Below are positions 11,906-25,364 of a stretch of DNA of 64,000 bases, in pieces (position 1 is the first letter of the stretch; the number at the start of each line of letters is the position of its first letter). The notes under the pieces were generated by a model. The model made no database searches. It worked only from the letters and a program-made list of their open reading frames with translations, and was not told where the DNA came from. The stretch is from NCBI GenBank assembly GCA_028826165.1, contig JAPDFW010000017.1:14527-78526 (forward strand). The letters are read 5' to 3'. Source of the DNA: Anaeramoeba ignava BMAN (lineage: Eukaryota; Protista; Anaeramoebae). The position numbers and the translations under genes were made by a program.

Positions 11906-14479
11906 CAAATTTTTCGTTATTTTTGTTTTAAATTGAAAATACAACAAGAAAATAAAAAAAAAATAATTTGAAAATAAATCTGAAAAATTAAAATTAAAAA
12001 AAATGAAAAAATTAAAAAAATTTGAAAAATTAATATTAATAAATTTATTTGAAAAAATGAATAGTTTTTGTTTTGATTATAAATATTGAAAAAAAAAAAT
12101 TAAATTTTAAATATTATTAAATATTTTTGATTATTTTTGATTTTTGATTTAAAATTATTTTAAATAATTAAAAAATTTTGTTAATCTGAAAATTTTTCAA
12201 TTAAATTAATTAATTTTCCCAAAATCAATTAATTAATAAATTAATTAATTATAAATTTTTCATTTTTTTTTGAAATTTTTCATTTTAAATTTTTGATTTT
12301 ATAAAAGATTACATTAATTAAAATGTTTTTGAAAATAATTTAAATTTTTGTTTTTAAAAATAAAAGCACTAATCAAAAATTTTCAATTTTAAAACCTATT
12401 TAACCTAATAAAAAAAAAAAAATAAAAAATAAAATAAATTAAAATTAATTAATAAATTGAAAAAATCTGAAAATAAATCAAAAAATTTTGAAAAATTTTT
12501 GAAATAAAATTATTTAAAATAAATTTATTGAAAATTAAATAAATATTTATAATAAATAACTATTTAAATAAATAATTAAAAATAATTGAAAATAAAATTA
12601 ATAAAATTAAATTTTATTTTTGAAAAATTATAAAATTATTATTCAAATAAATAAATTAAAAGGAAAAATTTAAAATTATTTATAATTATAAATAAAAATA
12701 AAATTAAAAATTAAAAATTTAGAATTTTTTAAATAAATTTTATTATTTTTGAATTGATTTGAATTATTATTGAATTGAATTGATTTTTGATTCTTTTATA
12801 TTTTAAATAAATAAATATTTTTTATTATTTTTTGATTTTAATTTCTTTCAATTTCATTTTGATTTTTGATTTTTGATTTTTATTGAAGGTAATTTTTTTA
12901 TTTTTATTTATTTTTATATTTAAAATAAGAAAAATGAAAAATAAAAAATGAAAAATGAAAAATAAAAAATCAAAAATTTTCAATTAAAACCTATTTAAAT
13001 AATAAAATTAATAAATTAATTAATGATATTTTAGAAATCAAAATCCATTTAAAATTTATAAATAAAATATAAATAAAAATAATTTGGAATAAAATTAATA
13101 AATGAATAAAAATAAATAAATAAATAAAATAAATATAAAATTAATAATAGAAATAATCTAATCTAATTTAATCTAATTGAATTGAAAAAAATAAGTTTAA
13201 ATTTTAATTAAATAAATAAATAAATAAATACTTTTAATTGAATTAATTAAATTTTGGTGGATTGAATAATTAGTTTTTGGATTATAAATAATGATTTTTG
13301 AAGAATTTAAATTTAATAAAATAAAAATTTATGAAAAATAAAAATATAAAATTATTAATTAATTAATGATATAATTAATTAATAAATTTATAAATTTTTA
13401 TGAATTAAAAATAAACTTTACAAGTAAATTAGTTAATAAAGTAGTTTTGGATTTAGATATTAAAATTGTCTTGAAATAAAAGTTTTCCAAAATAAATAAA
13501 AAAATATTTAATTTTTAAATTTGGAATTAATAATAAAAATGAAAATAATAAAATATAATTTTATAATTTAAAAATAAAAAATAATAAAATTAATAATAGA
13601 AATAAAATAAATAATTTAAATTTAAAATAAATAAAAATAAAATAATAAAATATAATTTTATAAAATTTTAAATTAAATAAATAAAAATTAAGAATATAAA
13701 ATAAAATCAATAATTAAATTAAAATAAAATTAATAAAATAAAAAAATCAAATAATAAAAAAAATAATAAAATAATAAAATAATAAAATGATAAATATTTT
13801 AAAATGAATACAGACATTTTAGAATTTAAAAACTTATAAAAATTAATAATCAATTTTTATTTTTATTTTTATTTTTATGGAATATTTTGAATCAATAAAA
13901 AAAGAAAAGAAAAGAAAAGAAAAAGAAAAATTGGATTTTTAATTTATTTATTTTAGATAAAAATATTAAAAGAAATGAAACAAACAAAACAAAACAAATT
14001 TGATGATTTTTTTTTGTTTCTAAATAAAACATATAAAAATAATATCAATTTGATTTTTTTTTTATATTTATATTTAGATTTTATTTTCAGAACAAATTAT
14101 CAATAGATTTTGAATTTTGAATTTGGTTTAAATTTTGAATTTAAATTTTGAATTTAAATTTTGATTTAAATTTTGAATTTAAATTTTGATTTAAATTTGA
14201 ATTTAAATTTTGGAAATGAAAAATGAAATGAAATAAATTATTGATTGATTATTAATTAATTGATTGATATTTTCCAAATCAAAATTTATTTAATAAAAAT
14301 AAAATAATTTAAAAAATAAATAAATAAATAAATAAATATAATCAGATAAATTGAATCTAAAAATGAAGTGAAAAAGAAATTTAATTAATTAATTAATTAC
14401 CTTTGATAAATTATAATTATAAATAATGATAAAATAAATATAAATTTTAGATTTTTGAAATTCTTTGATTTTTAAATTT

Positions 14480-15950
14480 AAATTTATAAAATTTTTTGCT
14501 TTATAAATTTGTTTATAATATATATAAATAAATTGATTTTTATTTTTAAATTTGAATTGAAATAAAATTGAAATTAAATTTATATATTTTATATATAGAA
14601 ATTGATTTTTATTTTTGAATATAAATTATAAATATAAACAAAATTAAATTATACTTTTATTATAAATTTATTTATAATATATAAAAATAAATTGATTTTT
14701 ATTTTTAATTTAAATTTAAATAAATTGAAAATTAAATTTTATATTTTTTATAGAGAGAAATTGATTTTTATTTTTGAATATAAATTATAAATAAATTGAA
14801 ATAAATTATTTTTTATAAAATTGCTCATAATTTTAATATATTAAATAAATTGAATTTTAGAAATGAATAAACAAATTAAATTTATATATTTTATATATAG
14901 AGAGAAATTTTTTTATTTAAAATATAAAAGTGCAAATTAAATTGGGAATTATAAAATATTCCGTTGTTTATAATTTAAATAAATATAAATAAATTGATTT
15001 TTATTTTAATTTAAATTATAAATAAATTGAAAATTAAATTTATATATTTTATATATAGAGAAAACTGATTTTTATTTTTGAATATAACATTGAAATTAAA
15101 TTAATAAATTATTTTATTATAAATTTATTTCAAGTAACATAAAATTAAAACTGATCTTTACTTTAAAGTCTAAAAGTTCTATAAATAAACTGGTAAAACT
15201 AAATTTGAGACATTCTAGAAAAGTATGTTTATTAATATGGAGAAACGATTTTTATTTCTTTCGAATTATGCAAAATCATGCTAAATGGGCAAAGCTCTGG
15301 AAAACAAATCAATTAATTTGATTTTGTTTATGAAACTGGCGCCCGGTATACCATGAGTTGGCGGTAAATAAATTGACTTTTATTCTGAATCAACCTGAAA
15401 CAAATGAAAACAAATTCATATTATATTCTACATAGAGAAATGGAAACGATTCCTTTTTATTTTTGAATATAAATTATAAACAAATTGAAATTAAATTAAT
15501 TATTATTTTATAATATAATTAATTTTATTTTTATTTATTATTTTTATTTCAAGTTTGATTTTAAAACTGATTTTTTTTTAAATTTAAAATTTAAAAATAA
15601 ATTGAAAAGTAAATTTTATTACATTAATAATATATGTTTATTAAATATAAAATTGATTTTTATTTTTGAATAAATATGAAAATAAATGAAATTTATAAAT
15701 TATTTTCAATATAAATTATTTTTACAATTAAAAATTTGGCGCCATTTTACAATATATAAATAAAAAAATTGATTTTTATTTTAAATTAAATTGAAAATAA
15801 ATGAAATTAAAAATTAAATCATATTTTAAATATAGAGAGAATTTTGATTTTTATTTTTGAATTCAATATAAATTATAAATCAAAAAATTAAATTAAAAAT
15901 TAATTATTTTATTATAAATTTGTTTTATAATATATATAAATAAAATTTTT
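14480..15950 (+). repeat. Degraded or noisy copy of the ~172-bp satellite array
   Basis: Recognisable TATAGAGAGAAATT and TTTTTGAATATAAATTATAAA fragments with many errors. Confidence 0.75.
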
Positions 15951-17018
15951 ATTTAATCAAATCCAAAAAGAATATTTAATAAAATATATTTTTATTAATA
16001 TATTTATTATTCTGATATTATATTTATTATATTATTTATTAATATAATATTGATAATTAATTTGATTCCATTATTATATTAATTTTGAATATATATTTTG
16101 ATTTAATATTTATTATTGAAAATGTTTAAAATATATAAATTAGAATAAAATTTGATTTTTATTTTTGATTTATATTTATACAAATTGAAATAAAGTTGAT
16201 AAAAATATTATTTATTTTGATTTATACTTTTAAAAATTTATTTTTATTTTTAAACATTTTACATTATATATATTTTTGAATTAATATTTATTATTATATA
16301 TTTATTAATTATATATTCATTAATTATATTTATATAATATAATTAATATTCATTTTTATTTATTATTTTTCATTTCAAATTTATTTATTTTAATAATTAA
16401 TAATAAATAAATTTCCATTTATAATTAATTAATTAATTAATTCTAATATTTTTATTTTTATTAATAATTCAATTATTATTTTCAAAATTTATTTTTATTT
16501 ATTTTATTAATTTTATTTTTGATTTTTCAAAATTCATTTACACAATAAAATAAAATGAAAATAAAATAAATTACAATTAAAAATATTTTATTTATTTAAT
16601 TTATAAAATATAAAATATGAATTAAATTGAATTAAAATTAAATTAAATTGAAAATTAAAAAATGAAAATAGAAATTAAATTGTAAAATGAAAATGAAATT
16701 GAAAAAAATTAAATTAAATTGAAAATGAAATTGCAAAATAAATAAATAAATAAATAAATAGAAGAAGAAAAGAAGATAAAATATATATTATATTTTAAAA
16801 ATTGATTATTAATTCTAAATTAATAAAAAACAAAATTAAATTAAATTAAATTAAATTAAAATTAAAATAAATATTTATTTATAAATATTTTAATTTACAA
16901 AATACTAAAAATATATATATCAAATATAAAAATAAATTTCAAAATTAAAAACATAAATTAAAAATAAAAATAAAAATAAATTAAATTATGAATAAATTAT
17001 GAATAAATTATTATTAAT

Positions 17019-17045
17019 CCCCTTATGCCCCTTCAACCCAATCCC
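17019..17045 (-). other. Canonical G-quadruplex motif, copy 1
   Basis: + strand CCCC-TTATG-CCCC-TTCAA-CCC-AAT-CCC. Confidence 0.8.
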
Positions 17046-17394
17046 ATTTTAATTTCCTTTTATTTCCTTTATAAATTAACTATAAATGAAATTGAATATA
17101 AATTTGAATTGAAATAAATATAAATTAAATAGAATTCTATTGTAAATTAATTCAAAACATACTTCAATTTTGTTTTACAATTGAAATAAAATAATTATTT
17201 TATATTAAATTGAATAAAAAATATAATAAAATAACTTAATTCAAAATAGATTTACTTTTTGTTCTGTTTTAATTTAAAATAATTGAAAATCAAAATAAAT
17301 CAAATAAAATTGAAATAAAATTGAAATAAAATTGAAAAGTAAGTGTTTAAACATAAATTCGTTTTGTTAATAAATAAATAAAATGAAAACAAAA

Positions 17395-19945
17395 TGTAAT
17401 TTAATTTAATTTAATTGTAAATTGAATTTAATTTATTTAATTTAATTGTAAATTGAATTTAATTTATTTAATTTAATTGTAAATTGAATTGAATCATTTA
17501 TTTAATTTAATTGTAAATTGAATTTATTTAATTTAATTGTGAATTGAATTATTTATTTAATTTAATTGTAAATTGAATTTATTTAATTTAATTGTAAATT
17601 GAATGTAATTTAATTGTAAATTGAAATTATTTATTAATTTAATTGTAAATTGAATTATTTATTTAATTTAATTGTAAATTGAATTATTTATTTTGATTTA
17701 ATTGTAAATTGAATTATTTATTTATTTTGATTTAATTGTAAATTGAATTTATTTATTAATTTAATTGTAAATTGAATTATATTTATTTAATTTAATTGTA
17801 AATTGAATTATATTTATTAATTTAATTGTAAATTGAATTATTTATTTAATTTAATTGTAAATTGAATTAATTTATTTAATTTAATTGTAAATTGAATTAT
17901 ATTTATTTAATTTAATTGTAAATTGAATGTAATTTATTTAATTTAATTGTAAATTGAATTAATTTATTTAATTTAATTGTAAATTGAATTTATTTAATTT
18001 AATTGTAAATTGAATTTATTTATTGATTTAATTTAATTGTAAATTGAATTAAATTTATTGATTTAATTGTAAATTGAATTAATTTATTGATTTAATTGTA
18101 AATTGAATTAATTTATTGATTTAATTGTAAATTGAATTAATTTATTTAATTTAATTGTAAATTGAATTAATTTTATTTAATTTAATTGTAAATTGAATTT
18201 ATTTATTAATTTAATTGTAAATTGAATTATTTATTGATTTAATTGTAAAATTGAATTTATTTATTTAATTTAATTGTAAATTGAATTAATTTATTGATTT
18301 AATTGTAAATTGAATTATTTATTAATTTAATTGTAAATTGAATTATTTATTTAATTTAATTGTAAATTGAATTATTTATTTAATTTAATTGTAAATTGAA
18401 TTATTTATTAATTTAATTGTAAATTGAATTAAATTTAATTTAAATTGAATTAAATTTAATTGTAAATTGAATTATATTTATTTAATTGTAAATTGAATTA
18501 TATTTATTTAATTGTAAATTGAATTATTTAATTTAATTGTAAATTGAATGTAATTTAATTGTAAATTGAATGTAATTTAATTGTAAATTGAATGTAATTT
18601 AATTGTAAATTGAATTATTTAATTTAATTTAATTGTAAATTGAATTTATTTAATTTAATTGTAAATTGAATTTATTTTAATTTAATTGTAAATTGAATTG
18701 AATTTAATTGTAAATTGAATTGAATTTATTTAATTTAATTGTAAATTGAATTTATTTATTTAATTTAATTGTAAATTGAATTATTTATTTAATTTAATTG
18801 TAAATTGAATTTATTTATTTAATTTAATTGTAAATTGAATTTATTTATTTAATTTAATTGTAAAATTGAATTTATTTAATTTTAATTTAATTAAATTGAA
18901 TTATTTTTAATTTAATTGTAAATTGAATTATATTTATTTAATTTAATTGTAAATTGAATTTATTTAATTTAATTGTAAATTGAATTATTTATTAATTTAA
19001 TTTAAAATTTGAATGTAATTTATTTAATTTAATTGTAAATTGAATTATATTTATTAATTTAATTGTAAATTTAATTGTAAATTTAATTTAATTGTAAATT
19101 GAATTGTAAATTTAATTTAATTTAATTGTAAATTGAATTATTTATTTATTTAATTTAATTGTAAATTGAATTATTTATTAATTTAATTGTAAATTGAATT
19201 ATTTATTAATTTAATTGTAAATTGAATTGAATTATTTATTTAATTTAATTGTAAATTGAATTGAATTATTTATTTAATTTAATTGTAAAATTGAATTATT
19301 TATTGATTTAATTGTAAATTGAATTATATTTATTTAATTTAATTTAATTGAAAAATTGAATTTTAAATTAATTTAAATTTAATTGTAAATTGAATTATTT
19401 ATTTAATTTAATTGTAAATTGAATTATATTTATTTAATTTAATTGTAAATTGAATTATATTTATTTAATTTAATTGTAAATTGAATTATATTTATTTAAT
19501 TTAATTTAAATTAAATTGAATTTAATTTTAATTGTAAATTGAATTATTTATTAATTTAATTGTAAATTGAATTTATTTAATTTAATTGTGAAAATTGAAT
19601 TTATTTAATTTAATTGTAAATTGAATTATTTATTTAATTTAATTGTAAATTGAATTATTTATTTAATTTAATTGTAAATTGAATTATTTATTAATTTAAT
19701 TGTAAATTGAATTATTTATTTAATTTAATTGTAAATTGAATTATTTATTAATTTAATTGTAAATTGAATTATTTATTAATTTAATTGTAAATTGAATTTA
19801 TTTATTTAATTTAATTGTAAATTGAATTATATTTATTAAATTTAATTGTAAATTTAATTGTAAATTTAATTTAATTGTAAATTGAATTGTAAAATTTAAT
19901 TTAATTTAATTGTAAATTGAATTTATTTAATTTAATTGTAAATTT
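17395..19945 (+). repeat. ~20-30-bp variable minisatellite, core AATTTAATTGTAAATTGAAT
   Basis: Direct inspection. Confidence 0.95.
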
Positions 19946-20399
19946 AATTCAAAATAAAAATAATAAGAAAAATCAAAATAAAAATCAGAAATGAATATTG
20001 ATTTATTTTTTTTTGTGTTTATTTATTATGTAAAGTTGATTGTAATCTAAATTGAAAATTTAAATTAATTCAAATTCAAATCAAATTCAATTTAAATTCA
20101 AATCAAATTAAATGAAAATCAAATTCAATTCAAATCAAATTCAAATTCAAATTCAAATCAAATCAAATCAATTCAAATTCAAATTAAATTCAAATTAAAT
20201 TCAAATTAAATTCAAATTCAAATTCAAATTCAAATTAAATTCAAATCAAATTCAAATTCAAATTCAAATTCAAATTCAAATTAAATTCAAATTCAAATTA
20301 AATTCAAATTAAATTAAATTCAAATTAAATTCAAATTAAATTCAAATCAAAATTAAAATGAAAATCAAATTGAAAATGAAAATGAAAATGAAAATGAAA

Positions 20400-21170
20400 T
20401 TAAATTAGATTTAAAATAAATTAAATTGTAAATGAAATTAAAATGAAATTTTGAATAAAATAATAAATGAAAATAAATAAATAATTATTCTAAAAAATAT
20501 AAAAAGAATTACAAAATAAAAATCAAATCCAAAAAAAAAGAATATTTAATAAAATATATTTTTATTAATATATTTATTATTCTGATATTATATTTATTAT
20601 ATTATTTATTAATATAATATTGATAATAAATTTGATTCCATTATTATATTAATTTTGAATATATATTTTGATTTAATATTTATTATTGAAAAATGTTAAA
20701 AAATATATAAATTAGAATAAAATTTGATTTTTTTTATTTTTTTGATTTATATTTATATAAATTGAAATAAAGTTGATAAAAATATTATTTATTTTTGATT
20801 TATACTTTTAAAAATTTATTTTTATTTTTAAACATTTTATATTACATATATTTTGAATTGATATTTTGTTATTATATATTTATTAATTATATATTCATTC
20901 TTTTATATTTATATAATATAATTAATATTCATTTTTATTTATTATTTTTTTCATTTCAAATTTATTTATTTTAATAATTAATAATAATAAATTTTGATTT
21001 ATAATTAATTAATTAATTAATTAATTCTAATATTTTTATTTTATTAATAATTCAATTATTATTTCAAAATTTATTTTTATTTTATTAATTTTATTTTTGA
21101 TTTTTCAAAATTTATTTACACACAAAAATAAAATGGGAAAATAAAATAAATTACAATTAAAAATATTTAT
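20400..21170 (+). repeat. Representative copy of the ~0.75-kb dispersed hub module (~19 near-complete copies between 15960 and 62260)
   Basis: Marker TTATTCTGATATTATA (or TTCTTATA) at ~16010, 20580, 22890, 26895, 28208, 33573, 35112, 38043, 39920, 41428, 42930, 44692, 46290, 47862, 51466, 53074, 54352, 58592 and 61670. Typical end ACACAAAATAAAATGAAAATAAAATAAATTACAATT. Confidence 0.93.
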
Positions 21171-21224
21171 TAAATTGTTTAAAAAAATATAAATTGAAAT
21201 AATTAAAATGTAATTGAAAAAATG

Positions 21225-21605
21225 TGAATTGAAAATGTAATTGAAAATGTAATTAAAAAAATTCAAATTAATTGAAAATGTAATTGAAAATGAAATTGAA
21301 AATGTAATTGAAAATGAAATGAAATGAAATGAAAAATGTAATTGAAAATGTAATTGAAAATGTAATTGAAAATGTAATTGAAAATGTAATTGAAAATGTA
21401 ATTGAAAATGTAATTGAAAATGTAATTGAAAATGTAATTGAAAATGTAATTGAAAATGTAATTGAAAATGTAATTGAAAATGAAATTGAAAATGTAATTG
21501 AAAATGTAATTGAAAATGTAATTGAAAATGTAATTGAAAATGAAATTGAAAATGTAATTGAAAATGTAATTGAAAATGTAATTGAAAATGTAATTGAAAA
21601 AATTG
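21225..21605 (+). repeat. 12-bp minisatellite (AATTGAAAATGT)n
   Basis: Direct inspection; source of the spurious ENVI/FQLH/FNYI ORFs. Confidence 0.95.
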
Positions 21606-21714
21606 AAAAAAAGAAAAAGAAAAAAGAAAAATAACCAAAAGAAATAAATATTTATTTGTTTTAAATTCAAATCAAATTAAATTCAAATTAAATTCAAAAT
21701 CAAATTCAAATTAA

Positions 21715-22665
21715 ATTGAAAATTAAATTTATATATTTTATATATAGAGAGAAATTGATTTTTTTTATTTTTTGAATATAAATTATAAATAAATTGAAAA
21801 TTAAATTTATTAATTATTTTGTTATAAATTTGTTTATATATATATAAATAAATTGATTTTTTTTATTTTTGAATTTAAATTATAAATAAATTGAAAAATA
21901 AATTTATATATTTTATATATAGAGAGAAATTGATTTTTTATTTTTTGAATATAAATTATAAATAAATTGGAAATTAAATTAATAAATTATTTTGTTATAA
22001 ATTTGTTTATAATATATATAAATAAATTGATTTTTTTATTTTTAATTTGAATTGAAATAAATTGAAAATTAAATTTATATATTTTATATATAGAGAGAAA
22101 TTGATTTTTTTATTTTTGAATATAAATTATAAATAAATTGAAAATTAAATTAATTAATTATTTTGTTATAAATTTGTTTTATAATATATATAAATAAATT
22201 GATTTTTATTTTTGATTTAAATTAAAAATAAATTGAAAATTAAATTTATATATTTTATATATAGAGAGAAATTGATTTTTTATTTTTGAATATAAATTAT
22301 AAATAAATTGGAAATTAAATTAATTAATTATTTTTGTTATAAATTTGTTTATAATATATATAAATAAATTGATTTTTTTATTTTGAATTTGAATTATAAA
22401 TAAATTGAAAAATAAATTTATATATTTTATATATAGAGAGAAATTGATTTTTATTTTTGAATATAAATTATAAATAAATTGGAAATTAAATTAATTAAAG
22501 TATTTTTGTTATAAATTTGTTTTATAATATATATAAATAAATTGATTTTTATTTTTAATTTGAATTATAAATAAATTGAAAATTAAATTTATATATTTTA
22601 TATATAGAGAGAAATTGATTTTTATTTTTGAATATAAATTATAAATAAATTGGAAATTAAATTGA
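21715..22665 (+). repeat. ~172-bp satellite, 5-6 copies
   Basis: Same TATATAGAGAGAAATTGA unit as 940-3400. Confidence 0.93.
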
Positions 22666-24060
22666 AATTCAAATCTAAATTAAATTAAATTGAAAATGAA
22701 ATTGAAAATGAAATTAAATTATATTTAAAATAAATTAAATTGTAAATGAAGTTAAAATGAAATTTTGAATAAAATAATAAATGAAAAGAAATAAATAATT
22801 ATTCTAAAAATATAAAAAGAATTACAAAATAAAAATCAAATTCAAAAAGAATATTTAATAAAATATATTTTTATTAATATATTTATTATTCTGATATTAT
22901 ATTTATTATATTATTTATTAATATAATATTGATAATAAATTTGATTACATTATTATATTAATTTTGAATATATATTTTGATTTAATATTTATTATTGAAA
23001 AATGTTTAAAAATATATAAATTAGAATAAAATTTGATTTTTATTTTTGATTTATATTTATATAAATTGAAATAAAGTTGATAAAAATATTATTTATTTTG
23101 ATTTATACTTTTAAAAATTTATTTTTATTTTTAAACATTTTTCATTATATATATTTTGAATTGATATTTATTATTTATATATTTATTAATTATATATTCA
23201 TTAATTATATTTATATAATATAATTAATATTCATTTTTATTTATTATTTTTCATTTCAAATTTATTTATTTTAATAATTAATAATAATAAATTTTCATTT
23301 ATAATTAATTCTAATATTTTTATTTAATTTAATTTAAAATAAAATGAATAAATAAATTAAGTATAATAAATAGATGTAAATATTTAATTTAAAATTTAAA
23401 ATTCAAAATTCAAAATTCAAAATTGATTAAAAATAAATTTAATTGTAAATCAAAATTGAAATTGAAAATGAAAATGAAATTTCAAAAAGAAATGAAATCA
23501 AAATAAATATTAATTATTCCAAAAAGAATATTTAATAGAATAATTAATAAAATATATTTTTATTAATAGATTTATTATTCTTATATTATATTTATTATAT
23601 TATTTATTAATATAATATTGATAATTAATTTGATTATATTATTATATTAATTTTAAATATAATTAAATTGATATTTATTTTTGAAAAATGTTTGTAATAT
23701 ATATTTTGATTTTATTTTTTCATTTTTATTTTTGATTTATATTTATTAATTATATATTAGAAGTAATAATAATAATAATTTGATTATTTATTCATTAATT
23801 TATAATATTTTAATGTTGGAAAATAAAATAAAATATTTTCTTTTCTTTTCTTAATGATTTATAAATGAAAAAAAAAAAGATATTTAATAAAATAAATTCA
23901 TTGAAAAATAAATCTAAATTACATTCTGTTGTAAATAAATAAATAAAAACAATTCTTTTTGTTTTTTTTAATAAATTTTTTTTTCCATAATTGATAATAC
24001 TTTTACAAAAAATTGAAAATAAATATTCTCCATTTTCAACCCATTTTTCAAGATATAAAG

Positions 24061-24395
24061 AGGTAAGTATATCACTTACAAACACATATTAGTGAGGGGA
24101 ACGGGGGGAGAACTAGTGAAAGGGGGGTAAGAGGAGCAACCGAGCGAAAGCGAGTATGTGTTTTGACAAACTGAGATTTGTCAAACAAATCCGAATAGGA
24201 TTTATTTAATGAGAAAGGATTCCTTTCGAATAAACAAATAAATAAATCCATATGAAAGACTTGTTTGACAAATCTCAGTTTGTAATTCCAAAACAACATA
24301 CAAGACATTTCGAATATCAAGGTTTGACAACCCTGAGGGTTGGTAACAACGGCTGTAAGTCGGTGTTAACGGGGAGGGAGGCGGGCACTATTCAC
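24061..24395. other. GC-rich structured island, copy 1 (nested palindromes, G-tracts)
   Basis: Perfect 23-bp inverted repeat at 24166-24188 / 24261-24283. Inner GGATTTATTTA/TAAATAAATCC and GAAAGG/CCTTTC stems, a CAACCC-TGA-GGGTTG hairpin, and G-rich flanks. Confidence 0.9.
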
Positions 24396-24944
24396 TTTTT
24401 TTTATTAATTTATTTACTTTTCTTTTTTTATTTTTCCTTTTCTTTTTATAAATTAGAATAAAATTTGATTTTTTTTTATTTTTTTTTTGATTTATATTTA
24501 TATAAATTGAAATTAAGTTGATAAAAAAAATATTATTTATTTTGATTTATACTTTTAAAAATTTATTTTTATTTTTTAAACATTTTATATCATATATATT
24601 TTGAATTGATATTTATTATTATATATTTATTAATTATATATTCATTTGTTATATTTATATAATATAATTAATATTCATTTTTTATTTATTATTTTTCATT
24701 TCAAATTTATTTATTTTAATAATTAATAATAATATATTTTCATTTATAATTAATTAATTAATTAATTCTAATATTTTTTATTTTATTAATAATTCAATTA
24801 TTATTTTCAAAATTTATTTTTATTTATTTTATTAATTTTATTTTTTTTGATTTTTTTCAAAATTTATTTACACACAAAATAAAATGAAAATAAAATAAAT
24901 TACAATTAAAAATATTTATTAAATTGTTTATAAAATATAAGTTG

Positions 24945-25160
24945 AAATTGAAAATGTAATTGAAAATGTAATTGAAAATGTAATTGAAAATGTAATTGAA
25001 AATGTAATTGAAAATGTAATTGAAAATGTAATTGAAAATGTAATTGAAAATGTAATTGAAAATGTAATTGAAAATGTAATTGAAAATGTAATTGAAAATG
25101 TAATTGAAAATGTAATTGAAAATGAAATGAAAATATAATTGAAAATGTAATTGAAAATGA
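24945..25160 (+). repeat. (AATTGAAAATGT)n
   Basis: Direct inspection. Confidence 0.95.
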
Positions 25161-25364
25161 AAAAAAAAAGAAAAAAGAAAAATAACCAAAAGAAATAAAT
25201 ATTTGTTTGTTTTAAATTCAAATCAAATTCAAATTCAAATTAAATTCAAATAAAAATTCAAATTCAAATTAAAATTAAATTCAAATCAAATTCAAATTAA
25301 ATTCAAATCAAATTCAAATTAAATTCAAATCAAATCAAATTAAATTCAAATCAATTCAAATTAA

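Noticed and set aside
15150-15460. Locally GC-richer unique-looking sequence
   Set aside because: It is collinear with the 172-bp satellite and looks like low-quality basecalls rather than an insertion.
21105-21670. ORFs with (ENVI)n, (FQLH)n, (FNYI)n, (SITF)n here and at 24857-25221, 28744-28977, 38610-39392 and 60209-61066
   Set aside because: These are translations of a 12-bp repeat that happens to lack stops in several frames; there is no protein-like complexity.
24020-24070. U1 snRNA on the minus strand (ATACTTACCT)
   Set aside because: No U1 stem-loop I/II or Sm site follows; better read as a donor-like word on the + strand.
24325-24345. CAACCCT as a telomerase RNA template
   Set aside because: It does not give 1.5 copies of a telomeric repeat and is paired within the CAACCC-TGA-GGGTTG hairpin.
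23810-24461. Short ORFs over the GC islands (also 36472-36708, 55556-55792, 9614-9796, 9870-10055)
   Set aside because: They overlap palindromes on both strands, run into T-tracts, differ in frame between copies and show no domain motifs.
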